From: Prevotella sp.
GTDB taxonomy: Bacteria > Bacteroidota > Bacteroidia > Bacteroidales > Dysgonomonadaceae
Direction of reading: 5' to 3'
NCBI GenBank assembly: GCA_031285625.1
Contig: JAITVV010000043.1
Coordinates: 64,001 to 128,000 of the forward strand
Length of the DNA: 64,000 nt
The notes under the pieces were generated by a model. It worked only from the letters and a program-made list of their open reading frames with translations, was not told where the DNA came from and did no database searches. The position numbers were made by a program, and so were the translations under genes. This document shows, in pieces, positions 45,756 through 55,422 of the stretch; within the stretch, counting starts at the first letter, position 1, and every line of letters begins with the position of its first letter.

Positions 45756-48590
45756 ATGAAAAAAAATCAACTGTTTTTGGTCGGTTTACTATCAATGTCT
45801 ATGTTCATTGGTTGTAAAAGCGGGCCCTTTCAGAAGACAAATGATGGGATAATAGTGACTCTGAAGTCAGATGATACCCATTCTACAAAAAATGTAAGAT
45901 TACAAGTCGTAAATGATGATATCATCCGTGTATCGGCCACTCCTAACGGAAAGTTCTCTGATAAAAAAAGCCTTGTCACAGTATATGGGAAAGGACAAAC
46001 CTCTGGCTGGGATGCCACAGAAGAAAATGGAAATGTAGTATTAAAAACAGCAACAACGATTGCTACCATATCACTTACTACAGGAGAGATCTCTTTTTCC
46101 GATATCAATGGAAATGTTGTTCTTGCTGAAAATAAAGGTGGTGGTAAAATCTTTTCTGACATCGAGGTAGAAGGAATGAAAGCATATACTTTGCAGCAAG
46201 TATTTGAATCTCCTGCTGATGAAGCATTTTACGGATTAGGCCAGCACCAAGCTGATGAATTCAACTATAAGGGTAAAAACGAAGTACTTTTCCAATATAA
46301 TACAAAAGTGTCTGTACCGTTTGTACTTTCCAGCAAAAATTACGGGATACTTTGGGATAATTACTCGCTAACCAAATTTGGAGATTCACGTGATTATCTG
46401 GATCTGGATCAGTTCAAGTTATACGACAAGACAGGGAAAGAAGGCGGATTAACAGCTACCTATATGGTGAATGCAGATCCAAACAATGTTTTTGTAGAAA
46501 GGACTGAATCGCAGATTGATTATGAAAACCTGGAAACCGTAAAGAAATTTCCTGCCGATTTTCCATTCTATAATTCCCGTATTACATGGGAAGGAGATGT
46601 TGAGGCTAAAGAAACCGGAAAATATCACTTTATCCTCTACTATGCAGGATATACAACTATATATATGGATGGTCAGGTAATTGTACCTGAAAGATGGCGT
46701 ACCGCTTGGAATCCAAACAGCTACAAATTCACTGTGGATATGAAAGCCGGAGAAAAACGTAAAATTAAACTGGACTGGAAACCGGATGGAGGTATCTCAT
46801 ATATAGGATTAAAGGCTCTAAGCCCTAAAGCACCGGAAGAGCAAAATAAACTAGCCCTATGGTCTGAAATGGGTGATGAGATCGACTACTACTTCATCAG
46901 GGGAAATAATGCCGATGATGTAATCAAAGGCTACAGAACCATAACAGGTAAATCACAGATCATGCCTAAATGGGCAATGGGATACTGGCAAAGCCGCGAA
47001 CGTTATAAAACTTCTGACGAATTACTTACTGCCATAGCTGAATACCGTAAAAGAAACATTCCACTAGATAACATAGTATTAGACTGGTCTTACTGGCCTC
47101 AAGATGCATGGGGTAGCCATGATTTCGATCCGGCACGTTTTGCTGATCCGAAAGGCATGATAGACAGTGTACATGCTATGGATGCACGTATTATGATTTC
47201 TGTATGGCCTAAGTTCTATTACACAACGGATAACTATAAAGCTTTTGATGAAAAAGGATGGATGTTTAACCGTGCTGTGAAAGACAGTATCCGTGACTGG
47301 ATTGGTTCGGGTTACATCGCCGGCTTCTATGATGCATACAGCGAAGGTGCGCGCAAGATGTTCTGGAACCAGATGAATGATAAGTTATATTCTAAAGGGA
47401 TCGACGCTTGGTGGATGGACGCTTCAGAACCGGATATTCTATCAAATGCAAGTATCCAGTACCGCAAAGAGCTGATGACACCAACAGCACTAGGACCATC
47501 TGTGGAATATTTTAATGCATATGCCCTGGTTAATGCAATGGCTATCTATGACGGACAGCGCTCCGTTAATCCTAACGAACGTGTTTTCTTACTTACTCGT
47601 TCCGGATTTGCAGGTACACAACGTTATTCTACTGCTACATGGAGTGGTGATATAGGTACACGCTGGGAAGATATGAAAGCGCAAATATCTGCAGGATTAA
47701 ACTTCGCTATGTCGGGTATTCCTTACTGGACAATGGATATAGGTGGCTTCTGTGTCGAAAAACGTTATGAACAGGCTAAAGAAGGTTCTGAAGACCTCAA
47801 AGAATGGAGAGAGCTGAATGCCCGTTGGTTCCAGTTTGGAGCATTTTGTCCACTATTCCGCAGCCACGGACAATTTCCATATCGCGAAATATATAATATA
47901 GCACCGGAGGGGCATCCTGCTTATAATAGTATGGTATATTATAATAAGCTACGCTATCAGATGATGCCATATATCTATTCACTGGCAGGTATGACATGGT
48001 TCAATGATTATACTATTATGCGTGCTCTGGTAATGGACTTCGGTAATGATGCCGTTACTCATAATATAAGTGATCAGTATATGTTTGGCCCCAATCTGAT
48101 GGCCTGTCCCGTATACACATACAAAGCGACATCCAGAGATGTATACTTCCCTGCTAATACAAATTGGTATGATTTTGAAACACAGGAATACATAACCGGA
48201 GGTAAAACAGAGAAGGTAGCTGCACCTTATGAGCGTATGCCTCTATATGTACAGGAAGGTTCCATTCTGCCAATGGGTAAAGATATCCAGACAACGAAGG
48301 AAATTCAGTCTGATCTTAATGTAAAAATCTATACTGGTAAAAATGGAGAATTTAATCTGTATGAAGACGAAGGCGTCAATTACAACTATGAGAAGGGTGC
48401 ATATTCTACAATCAAATTTAACTATGATGAGTCTTCAAAAACATTGACAATTGATGACATAAAAGGAGAATATACAGGAATGCCTAAAGACAGGACATTC
48501 AATATTGAATGGATTGCAAAAGGTAAGAAAAACACAGTTTCAGAAGTGAAATATGAAGGAAAGAAAGTTACTGTAAAGATGGCTGAATAA
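45756..48590 (+). CDS. GH31 alpha-xylosidase with PA14-like insert
   Basis: FYGLGQHQ, MPKWAMGYWQS, WWMDASEP nucleophile, WSGDI acid/base, WTMDIGGF. Confidence 0.9.
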   Translation: MKKNQLFLVGLLSMSMFIGCKSGPFQKTNDGIIVTLKSDDTHSTKNVRLQVVNDDIIRVSATPNGKFSDKKSLVTVYGKGQTSGWDATEENGNVVLKTATTIATISLTTGEISFSDINGNVVLAENKGGGKIFSDIEVEGMKAYTLQQVFESPADEAFYGLGQHQADEFNYKGKNEVLFQYNTKVSVPFVLSSKNYGILWDNYSLTKFGDSRDYLDLDQFKLYDKTGKEGGLTATYMVNADPNNVFVERTESQIDYENLETVKKFPADFPFYNSRITWEGDVEAKETGKYHFILYYAGYTTIYMDGQVIVPERWRTAWNPNSYKFTVDMKAGEKRKIKLDWKPDGGISYIGLKALSPKAPEEQNKLALWSEMGDEIDYYFIRGNNADDVIKGYRTITGKSQIMPKWAMGYWQSRERYKTSDELLTAIAEYRKRNIPLDNIVLDWSYWPQDAWGSHDFDPARFADPKGMIDSVHAMDARIMISVWPKFYYTTDNYKAFDEKGWMFNRAVKDSIRDWIGSGYIAGFYDAYSEGARKMFWNQMNDKLYSKGIDAWWMDASEPDILSNASIQYRKELMTPTALGPSVEYFNAYALVNAMAIYDGQRSVNPNERVFLLTRSGFAGTQRYSTATWSGDIGTRWEDMKAQISAGLNFAMSGIPYWTMDIGGFCVEKRYEQAKEGSEDLKEWRELNARWFQFGAFCPLFRSHGQFPYREIYNIAPEGHPAYNSMVYYNKLRYQMMPYIYSLAGMTWFNDYTIMRALVMDFGNDAVTHNISDQYMFGPNLMACPVYTYKATSRDVYFPANTNWYDFETQEYITGGKTEKVAAPYERMPLYVQEGSILPMGKDIQTTKEIQSDLNVKIYTGKNGEFNLYEDEGVNYNYEKGAYSTIKFNYDESSKTLTIDDIKGEYTGMPKDRTFNIEWIAKGKKNTVSEVKYEGKKVTVKMAE

Positions 48591-48602
48591 TATTCAGCCA
48601 TC
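48578..48602 (+). other. Inverted repeat over the GH31 stop codon, upstream of susC
   Basis: GATGGCTGAATA-A-TATTCAGCCATC; no U tail. Confidence 0.6.
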
Positions 48603-48649
48603 AGACCAAATAAATCACTTTTATTCACACTAATACTACAAAAAAAACC

Positions 48650-51600
48650 ATGAACGAAAAAATGAAAACATTATTTCAGCAGACAAATCGTGTCTGTTTG
48701 CGGAGGGTCTTTCTGATGCTAATAGTCAGTTTACTCTCGATAGCCGGGCTGTATGCCCAGTCTATGCGGGAAATATCCGGAACGGTTTCTTCAGTTGGTG
48801 AACCCCTTATTGGCGCATCTGTCGTTGAGAAAGGAACGACGAACGGAACTCTGACCGATATTGATGGTAAGTTTACTTTAAACGTAAAAGAAAATGCAAC
48901 AATAGAAATTTCTTATATCGGATTTACATCTAAAACCATGCCTGTTGGACAACAAACTGTATTCAATATCGAACTGGAGGAAGAAGCCAATATCCTGAAT
49001 GAGGTTGTTGCCATTGGATATGGGGTGCAAAAGAAAAAACTGAATACAGGAGCGACTGTACAGGTAAAAGGAGACGACTTGGCCAAGTTGAACACAACCA
49101 ACCCGCTCCAGGCTCTTCAGGGACAAAGTCCGGGTGTACAGATATCATCCACATCGGGTCAACCGGGTGCAGATATGAAAGTAACGGTACGCGGCCTTGG
49201 AACTGTTGGTAAATCAGGTCCACTTTATATTATTGATGGTATCGAAGGTGATATCAGCGTATTAAATGCTGCCGATATTCAGTCTATCGATGTATTGAAA
49301 GATGCTGCTTCAGCTGCTATATATGGAGCACAGGCCGCCAATGGCGTAATCCTGGTTACTACCAAACAAGGTTCGAAAGGCAAGGGACAGGTTTCTTTTG
49401 ATGCTTATTATGGCATACAAAATGTCGCCCGTAAGACTAAAATGCTGAATGCAACGGAATATATGGCAATGATGAACGAACAGGCATTAAACTCGGGTTC
49501 GGCCATGATTGATTTCGGATCGATGGAAGGCCTTGCCGATACAAACTGGATCAACCAGATGTTCAAGGATGATGCCAAGACTGAGAATTATTCATTAAAT
49601 GTAAATGGCGGTTCAGAAACATCTGTATATGCTTTATCATTGAATTATACCTCTCAGGAAGGTATAGTAGGAGGTAAAGATGTTTCTAACTATGAACGTT
49701 ATGGCTTCCGCATCAATACAGAACATAAGTTATATAATAATGTATTGAAAGTCGGCCAGCATCTGAATTTCAACTATATTAAGAATAGAGGCATAAATGT
49801 AGGTAACCAGTACAACAATACTTTACGCGGAGCCTTTGCTACATCTCCCCTGTCTCCGGTATATAGTGACAATAACATATATGATAGTCCTTACAACGAC
49901 ACCAGCAACTTCGCATACTACAATGGAGATGGCAACCCTTATGGCTCTATGATGACTAATTCCAATAATGAAAATGATTCTCAGAAGTTAATGGCAGATA
50001 TATATGCAGAACTGGAGCCAATAAAGAATCTGAAAGTGAGATCTGTTTTCGGTATCAACTATTATGCTTCTGAATATCGCGATTATACCCCATTCTACCA
50101 GTTCTCTGTATATTCTTACAACAAAGACCATACTACTACCTCTCAAAATATGAGTAAAGGTCATACACTGACATGGATCAATACTGCCAGCTACGACTTT
50201 AATATCAATGAAGATCACGCATTTAATGCAATTCTGGGTATGGAAGTAGCGCGCTATCAGGGAACATACCTGAATGCATCAAACTGGAATTTATTATCCC
50301 AGTTCAATGATTTTTCTCACGCATACCTTGATAATACAACCGGACAGGCTCATCTTGATGATGATGGGAATGTAGTAGAAACCAGAAATGTTGGGGGAGG
50401 CCCCGAACATAAAACCCGTCGTCTGTCCTATTTCGGACGTATTGGTTACAATTACAAAGAAAAATATATGTTTAATGCAACTCTCCGCGCAGATGGATCT
50501 TCTAAATTTGCCACAGGTCACAGATGGGGATATTTTCCTTCATTTTCAGCCGGTTGGGTAATAACCAATGAAGATTTTATGCAAAGTATTGTAGAAAACA
50601 GAGTACTTGATTTCCTAAAATTACGTGTAAGTTGGGGACAGGTAGGTAATCAGGATATTTCAAATGATCAGTACTTGGCACCTATCAATACCTCTACAGG
50701 TTATACAAGTGACGATCCGGCTGCATATTATAATTTTGGAACGAACAAGACTAATATTGCAGGTGCATACCCTAGCCGTTTGTCTAACGAAAATGTAAAA
50801 TGGGAAACATCTGAGCAATTTAATGCCGGGATTGATGCATACTTTTTAAAGAACAGACTGGGACTTAACACTGATTTCTATATAAAAACGACTAAAGACT
50901 GGCTAGTTGAAGCACCTATCTTAGCTACAGCAGGAGCAGGAGCTCCATTTATCAATGGAGGAGACGTTAAAAATACCGGATTTGAATTAGCTCTAACCTG
51001 GAGAGACAATATCGGGCAATTCAACTATAATGTTGGCGTAAATGGAGCTTATAATAAAAATAAAGTAGGTAATATTCCAACAGAAGATGGTATTATCCAT
51101 GGTCTCACAGGCATGCTTTATGATAATTCGGAAGAATTTTACCGGGCAGAGAATGGACATACTATCGGTTACTTCTGGGGGTACAAAACTGCAGGTCTCT
51201 TCCAGAACGAACAGGACATAGCAGATTGGAAAGCCGCCGGTAATGGTATCTTACAAGCTAATGTACAACCGGGTGATGTAAAATATGTTGATACCAATGG
51301 AGATGGAGTTATCGATTCAAAAGATAAAGTCGACTTAGGTAGTGGTATGCCGGATTTATCTTTCGGCTTCAATATCGGATTTGACTATAAAGGTTTTGAC
51401 TTTTCACTGAATGCAAACGGAGTATTAGGTAATAAGATTGTACAATCTTATCGTAATCATACAAATAAACAAGCCAATTATACAACTGCAATTCTTGATC
51501 GCTGGACAGGTGAAGGTACATCTAACCGTATTCCTCGTGTAACAGAAACAAATGTAAACTGGCAATTTTCAGACCTTTATTTGCAGGATGGCGATTTCTT

Positions 51601-51829
51601 ACGTATCAGTAATATTACTGTAGGATATGATTTTGCGAAGCTTATCAACTGGAAATATATTAGCCAATGCCGTTTTTATGCATCTGTACAGAATGCTTTC
51701 ACATTTACGAAATACGACGGAATGGATCCCGAAATAGGTTATGGTGTGGAAGACTGGGTGTCTGGTATTGATTTAGGTTACTATCCTCGTCCTAGAACAT
51801 TCCTGTTTGGTGTAAACCTTAAATTTTAA
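48650..51829 (+). CDS. SusC/RagA TonB-dependent transporter (xyloglucan PUL)
   Basis: VVAIGYG, LKDAASAAIYGAQAANGVILVTTK, YPRPRTFLFGVNLKF. Confidence 0.95.
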   Translation: MNEKMKTLFQQTNRVCLRRVFLMLIVSLLSIAGLYAQSMREISGTVSSVGEPLIGASVVEKGTTNGTLTDIDGKFTLNVKENATIEISYIGFTSKTMPVGQQTVFNIELEEEANILNEVVAIGYGVQKKKLNTGATVQVKGDDLAKLNTTNPLQALQGQSPGVQISSTSGQPGADMKVTVRGLGTVGKSGPLYIIDGIEGDISVLNAADIQSIDVLKDAASAAIYGAQAANGVILVTTKQGSKGKGQVSFDAYYGIQNVARKTKMLNATEYMAMMNEQALNSGSAMIDFGSMEGLADTNWINQMFKDDAKTENYSLNVNGGSETSVYALSLNYTSQEGIVGGKDVSNYERYGFRINTEHKLYNNVLKVGQHLNFNYIKNRGINVGNQYNNTLRGAFATSPLSPVYSDNNIYDSPYNDTSNFAYYNGDGNPYGSMMTNSNNENDSQKLMADIYAELEPIKNLKVRSVFGINYYASEYRDYTPFYQFSVYSYNKDHTTTSQNMSKGHTLTWINTASYDFNINEDHAFNAILGMEVARYQGTYLNASNWNLLSQFNDFSHAYLDNTTGQAHLDDDGNVVETRNVGGGPEHKTRRLSYFGRIGYNYKEKYMFNATLRADGSSKFATGHRWGYFPSFSAGWVITNEDFMQSIVENRVLDFLKLRVSWGQVGNQDISNDQYLAPINTSTGYTSDDPAAYYNFGTNKTNIAGAYPSRLSNENVKWETSEQFNAGIDAYFLKNRLGLNTDFYIKTTKDWLVEAPILATAGAGAPFINGGDVKNTGFELALTWRDNIGQFNYNVGVNGAYNKNKVGNIPTEDGIIHGLTGMLYDNSEEFYRAENGHTIGYFWGYKTAGLFQNEQDIADWKAAGNGILQANVQPGDVKYVDTNGDGVIDSKDKVDLGSGMPDLSFGFNIGFDYKGFDFSLNANGVLGNKIVQSYRNHTNKQANYTTAILDRWTGEGTSNRIPRVTETNVNWQFSDLYLQDGDFLRISNITVGYDFAKLINWKYISQCRFYASVQNAFTFTKYDGMDPEIGYGVEDWVSGIDLGYYPRPRTFLFGVNLKF

Positions 51830-51848
51830 TCATTAATAAGAATAAACT

Positions 51849-53471
51849 ATGAATAAGTTTAAATTCAATATATTAGTAGCAATTACTGTGTGTATGGGAT
51901 TATTATCCTGCTCCGACAGTTTCCTGGATACTGAATCCCAGACAAACTTGAATGATGGTAGTTTTTACCAGACTATAGCTGATATGGAAATGGCCCTTGT
52001 AGGGTGTTACGATGGTTATCAACGTACAGTATCCGATGGAGGGCTTGCATTCTATATTACATCCGAAATACTTTCTGACAATTGTTTTGGAGGCACAGGT
52101 AATACCGATAACCGCGATTATCAGGCACTCGACCGTTTTGATATTTCACAGTCATCGTCCTCTAATGACCTATATAACGTAACGTGGACCAGCTATTATG
52201 CAGGTATCTTCCGTTGCAATAAATTATTGCAAAAAATGGGAGAACCTGAAAACTGGGGTGATGATGCGGCCACCGTTAACAGGGTTGCCGGCGAAGCCCG
52301 TTATTTGCGTGCCTTAATGTATTTCGATCTTGTACGTTTATTCGAACGTGTGCCTTTATTAACAGAGCCTACAACTGACAATATTCCTCAAGCAGAATCT
52401 GCAGAAACATATAAACTGATAGTGGAAGACCTGAAATTTGCAGCATCTAATATTCCTGCAAATGCTTATCCTAAAGCAGATGCAGAAAATAACGACGGAC
52501 GTGTAACCAGCTATGCAGCAAAGGCTCTACTAGCCCGCGTTTATCTGTTCTATACAGGTTATTATGGTAACGATGATCTTGGAGTGACTAAAGCTGAAGT
52601 ATTACAAGGCCTGGAAGATGTTATCAGCAGTGGCGAATTCGGTTTATTGACAACATATAAAGAAATGTGGCCGGCAGCAAGTTATATACCGGATGCAGAA
52701 AAAAATACACTAGATAAATCCGGATATGCGGGTGCAGGAAATATTGAAACAATATTTGCCCAGAAGTTTAATAATACGTCTGACTATAATGGGATGGTAG
52801 ATGGAAACCGCTGGCTGGTAATGATGGGTATGCGTAATACCAACTGGTCTCCTTACGGAAAAGGATGGGGTGCGTGTACGGTAAATCCGAGACTGGTATC
52901 AGCTTTTGCAAATGGAGATCAGCGTAAAACGGCATCAATCATTGATATAGAAGGCGAAGGTATAAAAGATGCTTTTGACATAAAAGACCAACGAGAATAT
53001 ACAGGTTATACTGTGAAGAAATATACTCCTACTGTTTTTCCCGATGGCACTTCCGATACAGGTGGTTCTAATGACTTCCAGATATCACAGGATCAGGACT
53101 ATATCATAATACGTTATGCAGATGTATTACTTATGGCTGCTGAGTTAGGCTCGGGCAATGCCCAGAGTTATTACAACCAGGTGCGTACCCGTGCAGGCCT
53201 TACAGCAAGAACAGTATCTCAGGCTAATATAATGGAAGAGCGTCGCTTTGAATTTGCTTTCGAGGGTATCCGTTACTGGGATTTGCTGCGTCAGGGGCTT
53301 GATGTTGCAGCTTCTACAATTGCTCAGACTCAAAGTGTATTGAGTGGAAATGCAAGCGATCAGGTGGTGATTTCTTCTGATAATATTAAGAAAACAAGAG
53401 GATTTATGCAGATACCTAATACTCAGATTACACGGTCTAAAGATGTTCTTACCCAGAATGCAGGTTGGTAA
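51849..53471 (+). CDS. SusD/RagB lipoprotein (SGBP-A)
   Basis: LSCSDSFLD lipobox, EARYLRALMYFDLVR, ERRFEFAFEGIRYWDLLR. Confidence 0.95.
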   Translation: MNKFKFNILVAITVCMGLLSCSDSFLDTESQTNLNDGSFYQTIADMEMALVGCYDGYQRTVSDGGLAFYITSEILSDNCFGGTGNTDNRDYQALDRFDISQSSSSNDLYNVTWTSYYAGIFRCNKLLQKMGEPENWGDDAATVNRVAGEARYLRALMYFDLVRLFERVPLLTEPTTDNIPQAESAETYKLIVEDLKFAASNIPANAYPKADAENNDGRVTSYAAKALLARVYLFYTGYYGNDDLGVTKAEVLQGLEDVISSGEFGLLTTYKEMWPAASYIPDAEKNTLDKSGYAGAGNIETIFAQKFNNTSDYNGMVDGNRWLVMMGMRNTNWSPYGKGWGACTVNPRLVSAFANGDQRKTASIIDIEGEGIKDAFDIKDQREYTGYTVKKYTPTVFPDGTSDTGGSNDFQISQDQDYIIIRYADVLLMAAELGSGNAQSYYNQVRTRAGLTARTVSQANIMEERRFEFAFEGIRYWDLLRQGLDVAASTIAQTQSVLSGNASDQVVISSDNIKKTRGFMQIPNTQITRSKDVLTQNAGW

Positions 53472-53491
53472 TAAACTTAAAACTAATAATT

Positions 53492-55360
53492 ATGAACAAA
53501 CTATTTAATATATGCACATTATTTGCCCTCTTTGCAATAATGTTTGTTTCCTGTTCTCCTGATGATTTTGGATTAGGAAAAAAGGATGTAAAACCTGAAG
53601 ATTTGGTTGAAGGTATAGCCTTCAAAATCGAACATGATGCTACAAATCCCAATATAGTGTATCTTACTAGTCTGATGGGCGCAGAATATACCCCTCTTTG
53701 GGATCATCCGCAAGGCCGTAGCCAAAAACAGCAGGTGACACTAAAAATGCCTTTCGAAGGGACTTACTCCGTTACATTCGGAGTTGAAACGCGTGGAGGT
53801 ATCGTATATGGTGAACCTGTAACTTTTACAATAGATGGTTTCTATGCCGAATTTGTAAACGATGAGGTATGGACTATGGTATCGGGAGGTGTAGGTAAAT
53901 CTAAGACCTGGTATCTGGATTTGGATAAAGAGGGTGTAAGCCGCAAATTCCTTAGTCCGGCATATTTCTTCACTAGTACATATAACTGGGATGCACTTCA
54001 CACAACTTCAGGCGAAAATTATATCGATGCCGATGTATGGGATTTCACAAAGGCTATAAGTCCCTTAGCAGGAGAAGATGGTACAGCCTTATGGTACTGG
54101 TTAGCTGATTGGCCGGGAAACAGCTGGATAACTGATGCTGCAGATTTTGGAACAATGACATTCGACCTTATTGGTGGCGCTAATATTACCGTTGATCAGG
54201 CAGCTTATGGCCTGGGTTCATATACAGGCACTTATATGTTAAGTACGGAAGAACATACAATTGCTTTCACAGATGCCTATCCACTGAATTTCTCAAGCAG
54301 AAATAGCGAAGTACTTGCAGCTACCGAATTCCGTATCCTGTATCTTACCGAAGATGCTATGCAGATAATGATTGTTCCTTCAGGCACATGTCTCAACTAT
54401 ATATCTGAAAATTATAAAAACAATTGGGTTCCTGGTGAAGTAGAGGAAGAACCTCCATATAATGGAAATGGAAACGATGATCTGACTACAACATCATCGA
54501 AAAAATGGAAGTTATCATTGGAAACTCCATACAATTGGACAAATCTAAGCGGAGAGTTTCTTAATAACTGGTCTTCCCCTGCAGATTATGCTGCATATGA
54601 TGAAAACCTGATAAAGAATATAGGTATGACGATGGCCAAAACCGGAACATCTGCGGGCGATTATGTCTTTACTGATGGTGGTGGTAATGAAATTAGCGGA
54701 ACATATACAGTAGATAGCAAGAACAATATTATATTCGATAAGGATATTAGTTTTACTGTTTCCGGTGGAATATCACTAGCAACCACTTCTGAAAAATCAT
54801 TGCGTATTATTCGTTCTACAAGCGATGCTTTTGGTAATATCTCTGACATTTGGTTAGGGAAACGTGATGCATCAAAAGAGGAATATTTGGTATATCATTT
54901 CAAATTGTCTTCTTCATCCAGCGGAGGCGAAGAACCTGGAGGTACAGAATTATCTTTTGATGGTTCGAAAGTAGTATTCGGTGATATAGAAGGTAATGGG
55001 AAACTACGAATAGAAGTATATAATGCTTATGGTGCTACAGCAGGAAATCCGCCATTAGGCCCAGGAGATATTGTATTCAATAATCAATTGGAAATAACCT
55101 TTACACTTGGTGGCATTACATTCAATGCCGGTGCACCTGCAAGCTATGACGCTTCTATCTACTTTGCCAATGTAGATTGGAATCCTAGTGGCAACGGGCC
55201 AGCGGTTCCGGTTACCGGTAATGGTACATATACCGTAACTTTCTCGGGGACTTCGACTACAGATGCAAATGTAGTAGTTGTAGATATAACAGACTTAGCT
55301 AAAAATATAGCAGATATGAGTGCTTTGACCGCTACAATAGATAAGGTTGTAGTTAAATAA
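53492..55360 (+). CDS. Surface glycan-binding lipoprotein (SGBP-B-like)
   Basis: Lipobox FVSC, Trp-rich multi-domain beta protein directly after susD; no catalytic motif recognised. ATG at 53492. Confidence 0.7.
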   Translation: MNKLFNICTLFALFAIMFVSCSPDDFGLGKKDVKPEDLVEGIAFKIEHDATNPNIVYLTSLMGAEYTPLWDHPQGRSQKQQVTLKMPFEGTYSVTFGVETRGGIVYGEPVTFTIDGFYAEFVNDEVWTMVSGGVGKSKTWYLDLDKEGVSRKFLSPAYFFTSTYNWDALHTTSGENYIDADVWDFTKAISPLAGEDGTALWYWLADWPGNSWITDAADFGTMTFDLIGGANITVDQAAYGLGSYTGTYMLSTEEHTIAFTDAYPLNFSSRNSEVLAATEFRILYLTEDAMQIMIVPSGTCLNYISENYKNNWVPGEVEEEPPYNGNGNDDLTTTSSKKWKLSLETPYNWTNLSGEFLNNWSSPADYAAYDENLIKNIGMTMAKTGTSAGDYVFTDGGGNEISGTYTVDSKNNIIFDKDISFTVSGGISLATTSEKSLRIIRSTSDAFGNISDIWLGKRDASKEEYLVYHFKLSSSSSGGEEPGGTELSFDGSKVVFGDIEGNGKLRIEVYNAYGATAGNPPLGPGDIVFNNQLEITFTLGGITFNAGAPASYDASIYFANVDWNPSGNGPAVPVTGNGTYTVTFSGTSTTDANVVVVDITDLAKNIADMSALTATIDKVVVK

Positions 55361-55422
55361 CAAATACTATTGGGGCAATATTATTGTATTGTCTCAATAC
55401 TGTTTTTATAAGAAGAATCTAT

